Virus record (IMG/VR): IMGVR_UViG_3300031555_004942
Span: 53,110 to 117,109 of that record
Source: a virus
Lineage: Duplodnaviria > Caudoviricetes
Length of the DNA stretch: 64,000 nucleotides
Strand: one strand, 5' to 3'
Part shown: positions 20,225-28,963 of the stretch, one piece after another
How positions within the stretch are numbered: position 1 is the first letter of the stretch
Layout: each line of letters starts with the position of its first letter
The notes under the pieces: model-generated
Told to the model about the DNA's origin: nothing
Database searches by the model: none
What the model saw: the letters and a program-made list of their open reading frames with translations, nothing else
Position numbers and translations under genes: made by a program

Positions 20225-21175
20225 ATGGCTAAAAAAATTAAACGAGAAGAATTATTAAATTTAATAAAGTATTATGAACAGGCTTTTTTTACAAATGATT
20301 TGCCTATTCCTTTTAAATATAATTTAACGATATATCCCATTCTTGTAGAAAATTATTATAAATTTTATGCGAGTATAGGATGTTTTAAAATAAATAAAAA
20401 TGAAGATATAAAAGGTGTAGGTATGTCGAATTTAGATTATGTTCTTTATTTATCTGAACAAGAAGATGGTAAAAGATTTTTCTTTCAGTTAATCTCATTA
20501 TTAGAATTAATATTTCATATAAAAAATGGAATTATTTGTCCTGAGTGTGGAAAGGTAATTTCATATGAGGAAATAAATGAAAAAATTGATAAAATAAAAT
20601 TGATAGAAAATGAAAATGAACGTAATAATACAATGCAATTATATATTGAACAAATAGAATATTGCGATTGTAATAAAGATAATAAAATAAAAAGAGAGCC
20701 TGTTATACAGTATAGTCGTGAGAAAGGTAATAAATATATTTCTATTAATGGAATAAAAATAAATCCAGAAGAATATGATTTATTGCGTAATATTGTTTTA
20801 TATTATAATATTCCAGATTATGATGATGAATATATTGATCCTGAATTAAAAGCAGAATTAGAAGAAGTTGCAAGATTAAAAAATCCTAATAATGTGCAAC
20901 CTTCTTTAGAAAAACAAATGTCTTGTATTGTATCGGCAGGTGTGTCATATACTTATGAGACAATAAAACAATTATCTATTCGTAAAATGGTATTGTTGCT
21001 TCGAACAATTGATGCAAGATTGCATTATTTTGCTTATAGACAAGCAGAGGCTAGTGGTTTTGTATCTTTTAAAAATGAATTAACACATTGGATATATGGA
21101 GTAGATAAGAAAGATAAATTCTCGGATGTTATGACAATGGATGCATTAAGAGATAAATTAAAAGATGTAATTTAA
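20225..21175 (+). CDS. Hypothetical tail-module protein with a CxxC/CxC insertion
   Basis: Directly upstream of the major tail gene; CPEC...CDC; C-terminal HWI motif. Confidence 0.55.
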   Translation: MAKKIKREELLNLIKYYEQAFFTNDLPIPFKYNLTIYPILVENYYKFYASIGCFKINKNEDIKGVGMSNLDYVLYLSEQEDGKRFFFQLISLLELIFHIKNGIICPECGKVISYEEINEKIDKIKLIENENERNNTMQLYIEQIEYCDCNKDNKIKREPVIQYSREKGNKYISINGIKINPEEYDLLRNIVLYYNIPDYDDEYIDPELKAELEEVARLKNPNNVQPSLEKQMSCIVSAGVSYTYETIKQLSIRKMVLLLRTIDARLHYFAYRQAEASGFVSFKNELTHWIYGVDKKDKFSDVMTMDALRDKLKDVI

Positions 21176-21242
21176 TAAAAAAAATAGATAGAAATATCTA
21201 TTTAATATAAAAAATAATATAAAATTTAAGGAGGAAAAAATT

Positions 21243-22304
21243 ATGGTATTTTTAGCTGGTGTTGCAAATGCGGAAATTTTTAAAAATAATGATCTTTTTG
21301 CTACTGCAAAAACATTAATTGATAGTTCAATCACAATCGGAGTATCTGCAGAAGATATTCGTGCAGGTCAAGGTGCAAAATTGTATGGTAAGTATTTCCA
21401 CACAAGTACTTTTGATCTTAAAATGACAGATGCTATGTTTAAACTTGAGTACATAGCTGCAAACGTTGGTGCTGATTTAACTCTTGGTGGTGACGTATTC
21501 ACAGAAGAGGAGCATATAATTGAAGCAGGTGGAGCATTTGAACTTGCACATGCTGTTGTTCCTATGCAAGAAGGTGCATCTAGATTTATTTATTATAAGA
21601 AATCAGATGACAGTTTCTACAGAACTCTTAAGCTTAATGACGAAAATTATAAAGATGGTAAAGTAACAATTACAGGTATTGAAGCAGGTACATGGTGCGT
21701 TAAGTATTTATATACTAATGATTCTGCACGTAAGTTAGTTGTAAGTGCAAACTTTACACCTGATACACTTTCTGTATATCTTACAGCAAATCTTTATGCA
21801 GGTGATGATGCAAATCCTTCAACTGGTACAAAAATTGGTACAGTAACAATTAAAGTACCTCGTTTCTTACTTTCTGGTTCACAAGAACTTAGCATGTCTA
21901 TGACAGGTGCTTCAAATACAGCATTTGAAGGTTCTGCATTGGCTTCAAAAGGTAAGGGATGTGATAGTGATGGTGTTTATGCTGAAATTATCGAAGTTGT
22001 AACAGGTAGAACATATGCTGATTTAGTTGCTCTTGCTATTGATGGTGAGGCTGATGGTCTTTCTTTAGCAATTGGCGAATCAGAGGAACTTGTTGTATAT
22101 GGCAGATATGAAGACACAGCTCCTGCAATTGTTGATAATTCAAAAGTAAAATTTGAAGCAACTGGAGAGGCTGTAACTGTTGATACAAATGGTGTTATTA
22201 CAGCAGCTTCAGCAGGAACAGCTACTGTAACTGTTTCTATTAAAGATAGAGATGGTAAAGATGTTTCTTCAACAATTGAAGTAACAGTACCTGCTGCTGA
22301 ATAA
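21243..22304 (+). CDS. Major tail (tube) protein with a C-terminal Ig-like domain
   Basis: EDIRAGQG..LYG.YFH; C-terminal VTVDTNGVITAASAGTATVTV Ig (Big_2-like) motif; strong RBS; terminator shortly downstream. Confidence 0.8.
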   Translation: MVFLAGVANAEIFKNNDLFATAKTLIDSSITIGVSAEDIRAGQGAKLYGKYFHTSTFDLKMTDAMFKLEYIAANVGADLTLGGDVFTEEEHIIEAGGAFELAHAVVPMQEGASRFIYYKKSDDSFYRTLKLNDENYKDGKVTITGIEAGTWCVKYLYTNDSARKLVVSANFTPDTLSVYLTANLYAGDDANPSTGTKIGTVTIKVPRFLLSGSQELSMSMTGASNTAFEGSALASKGKGCDSDGVYAEIIEVVTGRTYADLVALAIDGEADGLSLAIGESEELVVYGRYEDTAPAIVDNSKVKFEATGEAVTVDTNGVITAASAGTATVTVSIKDRDGKDVSSTIEVTVPAAE

Positions 22305-22675
22305 TGAGTGGAAATCTTTGTCCTTATAGTAATAGGGTAGGGCGAGAATTAAAATGCACACTTGGCGAAAGTCAAGTGTGCAAATATGTTAGATATTGTA
22401 CTATTGATTCAAAATGGTGGAATTCTAATAATTTTACTTCTTGTGAAAGGAGGAAACAAGAAATGTCTAAGAATAAAAACAGAAATTATGAAAATTTTGA
22501 AAGAAAAAATGAAAATATTGTAATTGCTAAAGAACAAGAAATTGTAGCAACTGAAGATATTAAAGAGGATGTTTCAATTGAGGTTGAAGCTATAAAAGAG
22601 CCTAAGAAAGAAAAAGCTGTGAAAGTATCAATTCCTCAAGTGCCAAAAAGATCAAGAAGAAGGACTTTATATTAA
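22304..22675 (+). CDS. Small Cys-rich protein with a possible internal start at 22463
   Basis: CPY..C..C..C..C N-terminal half; AAAGGAGG before an in-frame ATG at 22463. Confidence 0.6.
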   Translation: MSGNLCPYSNRVGRELKCTLGESQVCKYVRYCTIDSKWWNSNNFTSCERRKQEMSKNKNRNYENFERKNENIVIAKEQEIVATEDIKEDVSIEVEAIKEPKKEKAVKVSIPQVPKRSRRRTLY

Positions 22676-22695
22676 TAAAAAATTTATCAAAAGGA

Positions 22696-22728
22696 AGATA
22701 AGCTACAAGAGTAGTTTATCTTTTTTTT
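22696..22728 (+). terminator. Rho-independent terminator
   Basis: AGATAAGCTAC-AAGA-GTAGTTTATCT followed by a T-tract. Confidence 0.8.
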
Positions 22729-22741
22729 GCATAAAAATGTA

Positions 22742-22818
22742 ATAAAATTATTTTTTTATCGTATATTTTACCACAATATATAGTATTACATATATGATGC
22801 CTATACAATATATTGTGT
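22742..22818 (+). promoter_or_regulatory. Composite element copy 2: ATAAAA-N6-TTTTAT plus tandem NrdR-like boxes
   Basis: ATAAAA TTATTT TTTTAT (22742-22759); CCACAATATATAGTAT (22771-22786); ATACAATATATTGTGT (22803-22818). Confidence 0.75.
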
Positions 22819-22856
22819 TTAAAAATTATTATAAAATATGATTGGCAGGTATTGTT

Positions 22857-24281
22857 ATGAGCAAAAAAAAAGAAAAAATAAAAATTAATTTTATAGGAGC
22901 TAACGCTGATCAGGTTACAGGTTCTTGTACTCATATTGTAATGAATAATAAACAAATTTTATTAGAATGTGGGTTAATGCAAGGAGGTAAAACTATATTA
23001 GAAGATTATAGAAATAATGTAAAAAAATTTAGTTTTAATGCCTCTCAGATTGATTATGTTTTTGTAGGGCATGCACATGCAGATCATTGTGCTATGATTC
23101 CTAGATTGATAAAAGAGGGATTTGAAGGTAAGATAATTGTTCCTAAAGGAAGTAGTTCAATAATTTATGAAATATGTAAAGATTGTGCTTTTATTATGTT
23201 TAAGGATTGTGAATCATTAAGAAAAAAATATAAAGATAAACAATTTTTACCTGCGTATACTGAAGAACATGTAAATTTAATGATGGACCATATATATGAA
23301 TATGAAATGGAAACTAATTATTGTTTAGACGATAATGTTTCTTTTACTTTTTACAATAGTCAACATATTGTATGTTCTGCTCAAATTATGCTTTGGTTAA
23401 CGCAAAACAATCATACAAAAAAAATTATATATACAAGTGATTTAGGTAATATTTCTGTAGAAAATAATTATGTTCAAGAAATTACAAAACTTCAAAAAGC
23501 AAATCTTTTGATTGGAGAAGCAACGTATTGTGAACATTCTAAACCACTTACACATAAACATAGAAAAAAAGATTTAGAAAAAATAAAATGTGTAATAGAC
23601 CAATGTGTAGAAAATAATTCGTCTTGTTTAATCCCAACTTTTTCTTTGCATAGAACACAAGAAATGATAACAGAAATATATAAAATATATAAAAACAATA
23701 ATGTAAATATTGATTTTATTATTGCTTCTCCTTTAGCAAATAAAATTTGTGATATTTTTTTACAGATTTTAAAAGGAGAACAATTAAAACTTTTTACAGA
23801 GGTTATGAACTGGAGTAAATTAAAAAGAGTAAGAGATTATGATAAAGTAAATGAGTTATTAAATGATAAAAAGCCACATGTATGGTTGGCTTCTTCAGGA
23901 TTTATGACTGCAGGATATTCTCGCAGTATTTGTTCTTATTTATTAGGTAATTCAAAAAATACAATTATTTTATCAGGATATGCTCCAGAGGGTTCTTTAG
24001 CTTATAAGATAAAAAATGGAACAACAAAAACGATTACTATAGATGATAAGGTTTGCAAAAATTTAGCAACTGCTGTAATTCTTAAAAGTTTTTCAAGTCA
24101 TATGCAATATTATGATTTATTAAAATATTATTCAGATAGTTTTGTTGAAAAAATTTGTATTGTTCATGCAGATAAAAAACATAAGATAGATTTTTGTAAA
24201 ACTTTACAAAGTGAAATAAATAATAAAAATAAAACGCAAAGAGTAGTATGTGTCACTAATGGTACATCTATTAATTTATAA
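22857..24281 (+). CDS. Metallo-beta-lactamase / beta-CASP ribonuclease (CPSF73/Ysh1-like)
   Basis: VTGSC; HAHADH; HIVCSA; YTSDLG; EATY; LIPTFSLHRTQE; ASSGFM..G; FSSH; IVH; ORF track gives an alternative TTG start at 22842. Confidence 0.9.
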   Translation: MSKKKEKIKINFIGANADQVTGSCTHIVMNNKQILLECGLMQGGKTILEDYRNNVKKFSFNASQIDYVFVGHAHADHCAMIPRLIKEGFEGKIIVPKGSSSIIYEICKDCAFIMFKDCESLRKKYKDKQFLPAYTEEHVNLMMDHIYEYEMETNYCLDDNVSFTFYNSQHIVCSAQIMLWLTQNNHTKKIIYTSDLGNISVENNYVQEITKLQKANLLIGEATYCEHSKPLTHKHRKKDLEKIKCVIDQCVENNSSCLIPTFSLHRTQEMITEIYKIYKNNNVNIDFIIASPLANKICDIFLQILKGEQLKLFTEVMNWSKLKRVRDYDKVNELLNDKKPHVWLASSGFMTAGYSRSICSYLLGNSKNTIILSGYAPEGSLAYKIKNGTTKTITIDDKVCKNLATAVILKSFSSHMQYYDLLKYYSDSFVEKICIVHADKKHKIDFCKTLQSEINNKNKTQRVVCVTNGTSINL

Positions 24282-24298
24282 TAAAGGAGAAAAACGAT

Positions 24299-24952
24299 AT
24301 GAAATATAATAAAGGTTTTGAAGACGTTATTACTTTTTTAACTCCTCAGGTGGAAGAGTTTGCAAATTTTAAAATCCCTTCTGTTGAATCATTAGAAGAA
24401 TGGAATGATTTTAAAAATAGAAAAATTTATCTTGATTTTGAAATAGGTGATTATTTAATTACAATTTCAAAACGTATTATTTCATGGAATAGCGAAGATA
24501 AAGATATTCCAAAAAATGAAAGAAAACCAATAACAATATATATTAATTCCCCTGGTGGAAGTTTACAATCATGTATGACATTTATAGATGTATTAAAAAT
24601 GTCAACAACTCCTATTAATTTAATTTGTATTAATGGAGCGTATTCCGCAGCAGGGATGATTTTTATGTGCAAAGGAGAAAACATTGTTAGATCTATTGTC
24701 CCACATGGAAAAGTTTTGATTCATCAAGGTAGTTTAGGTATGGGTCAGGTTCAAACACATCAATTTTTAGATTTAGCTTCAGATGTACAAAAAGATGAAA
24801 AAAAAGTAAAAGATTATATTTTAGAAAATACAAAAATTACATCTCGTATGTATGATAAAAAGAAGAAAGATGAATGGACTTTAAATGCTGAAGAATGTAT
24901 TCTATATGGAGTATGTGATAAAATAATTGAAGATATTTCAGAATTATTTTAA
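24299..24952 (+). CDS. clpP: ClpP-like serine protease
   Basis: YINSPGGS; AYSAA (catalytic Ser); LIHQ (His); D in KKDEW.LNAEE...YG.CD.I. Confidence 0.88.
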   Translation: MKYNKGFEDVITFLTPQVEEFANFKIPSVESLEEWNDFKNRKIYLDFEIGDYLITISKRIISWNSEDKDIPKNERKPITIYINSPGGSLQSCMTFIDVLKMSTTPINLICINGAYSAAGMIFMCKGENIVRSIVPHGKVLIHQGSLGMGQVQTHQFLDLASDVQKDEKKVKDYILENTKITSRMYDKKKKDEWTLNAEECILYGVCDKIIEDISELF

Positions 24953-24963
24953 AGGGAGATATA

Positions 24964-25230
24964 GTGATGAAAAATACTAATAGAGATTATAATCAATCTA
25001 AAAAAATAAATAATTTTAAAAAAAATAATTTTAATAATTATTATAAAGATGAAGATGAAGAAAGTCAAGTTTTTTATAAAAAAAAACAAACTAAAAAGAA
25101 ATCAGACATTGAATCTAATGAGTTTGTTTTACAGTGTTTAGAAAAAGAAAAAAACAATGAACGTAGAAAGTTCAAAGAAAAAGAAAAAAATAGAAGAAGT
25201 AAAAAAGATCGTATTTATGAAGATGATTAA
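24964..25230 (+). CDS. Small, highly charged Lys-rich hypothetical protein
   Basis: GGGAG RBS; low complexity. Confidence 0.55.
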   Translation: MMKNTNRDYNQSKKINNFKKNNFNNYYKDEDEESQVFYKKKQTKKKSDIESNEFVLQCLEKEKNNERRKFKEKEKNRRSKKDRIYEDD

Positions 25231-25247
25231 TTAAAGGAGGGTTTTAT

Positions 25248-25613
25248 ATGAGTACAATGAATTTAGTATTAGAATATATAACACAGTATGGAGCAATTGT
25301 AGGAATTATTATTCTTGTTGTTGTAGGATTCATATTAAAAATTCAGCAAATTGTTAATGGAAATCTTGTTGAGTGGCTTGTTGATAAAGTTGCTTATGCT
25401 GAAGCTTATTTAGGATCAGGTACAGGGCAGATGAAATTAAGATATGTGTATGATTTGTTTGTACAAAAAAGAACAATATTAGCTTCTTTAATTTCATTTG
25501 ATAAATTTTCAAAATTGGTTGATTTAGCTTTAGATAAATTTGAAACAATGCTTAAGAATAATAAAGCAATCAAAGAGTGGTTTGAAAAATTACAAGAAGA
25601 AAAAAATAAATAA
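25248..25613 (+). CDS. Holin-like protein (LL-H-type)
   Basis: N-terminal TM helix; AE..LGSGTG..KL..VYD.F motif. Confidence 0.7.
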   Translation: MSTMNLVLEYITQYGAIVGIIILVVVGFILKIQQIVNGNLVEWLVDKVAYAEAYLGSGTGQMKLRYVYDLFVQKRTILASLISFDKFSKLVDLALDKFETMLKNNKAIKEWFEKLQEEKNK

Positions 25614-25625
25614 TATATAGAGCAA

Positions 25626-25691
25626 TTTTATATTGCTCTTAAAAGTATATTATTTATTATAAAATAATGTGTTTTTAAGAACAATATAAAA
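25626..25691 (+). other. Long imperfect inverted repeat (about 30-bp stem) before recU
   Basis: TTTTATATTGCTCTTAAAAGTATATTATTT / AAATAATGTGTTTTTAAGAACAATATAAAA; most deviations are G-U compatible. Confidence 0.6.
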
Positions 25692-25709
25692 GATAAGGAG
25701 AATAAAATA

Positions 25710-26258
25710 ATGAATAAAACATCATTGGGAAAAAAATTTGAAAAAAATTTTGGAGATTCTGCGAAACAAGATGGTATTTTTACACATAGGTTAAAAGATA
25801 CTGATTTATCATATAATGGTAATTCTGTTTCAAGTTTTACTCCGTCAAATAAATGTGATTATTATTTTTTAGGTAATGTAAAAGATGGTAGAGGAACTTT
25901 ATTTGGTGTTGAATGTAAAAGTACTAAATATTCATCTATAGGAATTCAAACATCCCCAGAAGATCCAGAAAAAATGATAAAATATAAACAAATTCAAAGT
26001 TTGATTGAATTAAGTATGTATGAAGGTATAAAATCAGGTTTTGTATTAAATTTTAGAGATGATGATACAAATATGGAAGATACATATTATATTTCTATAG
26101 AAGATTTTTCTACGTTTTTAAATGAAACGCATAAAAAATCTATTAATAAAGCTGATTGTGAATTAAGAGGTCTATCTGTGGAATCAAAATTAAAAAGAAC
26201 AAACTATAAATATAATGTAAAAAAAATGTTAGAAGATATAATTAGAAAGGAGAGTTAA
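25710..26258 (+). CDS. recU: RecU-family Holliday junction resolvase
   Basis: GKKFE...CDY...VECKST...Q...L.......GFVLNF. Confidence 0.8.
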   Translation: MNKTSLGKKFEKNFGDSAKQDGIFTHRLKDTDLSYNGNSVSSFTPSNKCDYYFLGNVKDGRGTLFGVECKSTKYSSIGIQTSPEDPEKMIKYKQIQSLIELSMYEGIKSGFVLNFRDDDTNMEDTYYISIEDFSTFLNETHKKSINKADCELRGLSVESKLKRTNYKYNVKKMLEDIIRKES

Positions 26259-26259
26259 T

Positions 26260-27300
26260 ATGGCAAGAGAAACTTTTAAAAAACAGTTTACTACTCCTGA
26301 TATTATAAAACAGATTAATCCTAAAAATGTAAAATTAATGAATTTATATTTAAAAGATAAGAGTAGAAAATGTAGTGATGCTACAATGAAAGTGTATGCA
26401 TCTAATTTAAATATATTTTTTTGTTGGAATGTTATATATAATGATAATAAATATTATCCAGAAATTAAAAAAGTAGAATTAAGTGAATTTTTTGATTTTT
26501 TAGTTAATGAATTAAAAATACAAGGAAAAAGGTTTGCTCACTATCGTTCTGTTTTGAGTACCTTATCTGACATTGTAATAAAATATTATGATGATGATTA
26601 TCCTACTTTTAAAAATATTGTAAATACAATTATTGAACCCATTCCAAAAGATGCAGTAAGAAAAAAAACAATTTTAACAGATGAAGAAGTAGAACTTATT
26701 TTTGAAGTTTTGATTGCAAAGGATAGAATACAAGAAGCCTGTTGTTTTGCTCTTGCTGTATATTCTGGAATGAGAATTGCAGAGATTGAACAAATGAAAG
26801 TCGATATGATTGATAGAGAAAATAGTTTATCGTTTGGAGGAGTTTCTTTACAAACTACTGAAAAAATAAGAACAAAAGGATTTGGAAAACAAGGAAAGGT
26901 TATTTATAAACATATCATTAAAGATTTATTTTTACCTTATTTTGATAATTGGTTAGTAGAAAGAAATAGGATTATTGAAGAGTTAGGAATTGAAGACCAT
27001 GGATATCTTTTTATAAAAAGAAATGGTCAAAAAGCTACACAACATGTTATTCGTAATTGGGCAGATAAATGGAGTAAAATTGTAGGTAAAGATGTATATC
27101 TCCATTGTTTAAGACATAACTTAGTTACATATTTAACAAAATTAGGATTAGGTAGTGATTTTATTATTGCTTTTATGGGATGGTCCTCGGCTGATATGTA
27201 CAAAATCTATAATGACCTTGAGGATTCTGAACTTGATTGGAAAGATAGTAAAAAATTACAAGAAATTATCAATAAAAAATTATTAGAAGAAGATGAATGA
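26260..27300 (+). CDS. Tyrosine recombinase (XerC/D-like)
   Basis: N-terminal core-binding domain; catalytic R (SGMRIAE), K (TKG), HCLRH, MGWSS and Y (IYND). Confidence 0.9.
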   Translation: MARETFKKQFTTPDIIKQINPKNVKLMNLYLKDKSRKCSDATMKVYASNLNIFFCWNVIYNDNKYYPEIKKVELSEFFDFLVNELKIQGKRFAHYRSVLSTLSDIVIKYYDDDYPTFKNIVNTIIEPIPKDAVRKKTILTDEEVELIFEVLIAKDRIQEACCFALAVYSGMRIAEIEQMKVDMIDRENSLSFGGVSLQTTEKIRTKGFGKQGKVIYKHIIKDLFLPYFDNWLVERNRIIEELGIEDHGYLFIKRNGQKATQHVIRNWADKWSKIVGKDVYLHCLRHNLVTYLTKLGLGSDFIIAFMGWSSADMYKIYNDLEDSELDWKDSKKLQEIINKKLLEEDE

Positions 27301-27325
27301 TTGTAAGCTTATAGGAGGTGAATAT

Positions 27326-27532
27326 ATGTCTGTAAAAATAAAATTTAAAACAGGAGAAGGTATTCCTAATAAATTAGAGGTGGGAGAACCTGCTTTTGAT
27401 ACAAAATATAATATTGTATATATTGGTGATCAAAATGGAAATCCTATTTCTTTAAATTCTGTTAATACAGATAAAATTACTCAAGGTGATTTAATTCTAA
27501 TTTTAAATGGTGGTACTTCAGAAAATGAATAA
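27326..27532 (+). CDS. Small fibre-anchor-like protein (68 aa)
   Basis: ATG 27326 after AGGAGGTG; LEVGEPAFDT....YIGD motif similar to the fibre N-terminus; ends in LNGG. Confidence 0.6.
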   Translation: MSVKIKFKTGEGIPNKLEVGEPAFDTKYNIVYIGDQNGNPISLNSVNTDKITQGDLILILNGGTSENE

Positions 27533-27597
27533 ATATTTACACATAAGATAATATCGAAAAAGATTTTTAAATAGTATTTATTTAAGGAGTGAAATAT

Positions 27598-28473
27598 ATG
27601 AAAAATATAGAAAAATTAATTAACTATGCTTTAACATGGGTTGGATATTGTGAGAAAAAATCAGCACAACATCTTGATGATTTTTCAAAGAATGCAGGAA
27701 GTGGTAATTATACTTGTTTTGCAAGAGATTATAAAAAACATTCTGGTATTGATGTTCAGGGGCAACCATGGTGTGATGTTTATGTAGATGAATGTTTTAT
27801 AAATGTGTTTGGTGTAGAAAAAGCAAAAGACCTTTTACATGGATTTTCTGCTTATACTCCAACTTCTGCAGATAATTTTAAAAAACATAAAGAATGGTAC
27901 AATAAACCTCAAATTGGAGATGTGATTTTTTTTAAAAATTCAACTCGTATTTGTCATACAGGAATTGTTTATAATGTAACAAAAGATAGAGTGTATACAA
28001 CAGAAGGGAACACATCAGGAGGAACAGAACTTGAGGCTAATGGAGGATGTGTTGCTAAGAAAAATTATCCATTATCTTATAGTAAGATTGCAGGATATGG
28101 TAGACCTAATTATGAGAAATATGAACAAAAAGAAGTAGTTGTAGAGGAATATATTGATAATGAACCTATAATTTGGGAGCTTCAGAATAGAAAAATTATT
28201 ACTAATGTGAATTTATGGAGAAAGAAAATTCAAGAAGATCAGAACATATATTGGCTTTGCAGAAAAGCAATTCAATACATAAGAACTAAACAAACTACAG
28301 AATATGCCGATGTTGTATATACAAACAAAGATGAGATTTTGTGGGAGTTAAAAAATAGAAAAATAATAACGGATGTTGATTTGTGGAGAAAATATATGAT
28401 TGAGGATCAAAATGTTTATTGGCTTTGTCATAATCTTGTACACTATATGAGGACTCAAAAGAAGGAAGTGTGA
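27598..28473 (+). CDS. Endolysin: CHAP domain plus two C-terminal repeats
   Basis: GYCEK; QPWCD (Cys); GDVIFF; HTGIV (His); EGNT; IAGYGRP; ATG 27598 after AAGGAG. Confidence 0.88.
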   Translation: MKNIEKLINYALTWVGYCEKKSAQHLDDFSKNAGSGNYTCFARDYKKHSGIDVQGQPWCDVYVDECFINVFGVEKAKDLLHGFSAYTPTSADNFKKHKEWYNKPQIGDVIFFKNSTRICHTGIVYNVTKDRVYTTEGNTSGGTELEANGGCVAKKNYPLSYSKIAGYGRPNYEKYEQKEVVVEEYIDNEPIIWELQNRKIITNVNLWRKKIQEDQNIYWLCRKAIQYIRTKQTTEYADVVYTNKDEILWELKNRKIITDVDLWRKYMIEDQNVYWLCHNLVHYMRTQKKEV

Positions 28474-28476
28474 GTT

Positions 28477-28863
28477 ATGTTTTATCTTGATAAATCAGAG
28501 TATAATAAAAAGTTAAAAAAAATAAAAAAGCAAAATGAAAGTTTTTTGAGAAAACAAGAATTAGCAGAGATGCGATTAAAGACCAAAAAAGAAAAAAGCA
28601 AAAAAACAACTACTAAAATAGTGATGTTTTATTTATTTACTGTTTTAAATTTAGTTCTTATTTATTCTTTGATTGCAATGTGGCATTTTGAAGATTTGAC
28701 TCATTTAGGGGTTTTAATTACTGATATTATTGGACAAATTATTGTTTTTTTAGTATATTGTTTAAAATCAGCTAAAGAGAATTCTCAGGGTGGAATTGTT
28801 TATGAACAGGCGATACATAATAATTTAAATTATGAAGATGATAGTTTATTAAAAGATAAATAA
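28477..28863 (+). CDS. Two-TM membrane protein, holin-like
   Basis: Basic N-terminus; two hydrophobic helices; Y..KSAKEN..GGI motif; adjacent to the endolysin. Confidence 0.6.
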   Translation: MFYLDKSEYNKKLKKIKKQNESFLRKQELAEMRLKTKKEKSKKTTTKIVMFYLFTVLNLVLIYSLIAMWHFEDLTHLGVLITDIIGQIIVFLVYCLKSAKENSQGGIVYEQAIHNNLNYEDDSLLKDK

Positions 28864-28936
28864 AATTTCAATTTTATTGTATATTTAACCACAATATATT
28901 GTGGTTTTGTTATTATATGTATACAATATATTGTAT
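28860..28936 (+). promoter_or_regulatory. Composite element copy 3: ATAAAA-N6-TTTTAT plus tandem NrdR-like boxes
   Basis: ATAAAA TTTCAA TTTTAT (28860-28877); CCACAATATATTGTGG (28889-28904); ATACAATATATTGTAT (28921-28936). Confidence 0.75.
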
Positions 28937-28963
28937 AAAAAAGTTATTAAAGGAGAAAAAATT

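Noticed and set aside
21182-21203. AAATAGATA-GAAA-TATCTATTT hairpin before the major tail gene as a terminator
   Set aside because: The stem is AT-rich and weak with no proper U-tract; it may be a stabilising hairpin, but this is not supportable
26260-27300. Recombinase as a prophage integrase marking an att boundary
   Set aside because: It is co-oriented in the middle of the late operon, with phage genes on both sides and no host genes, tRNA or att-like repeat nearby
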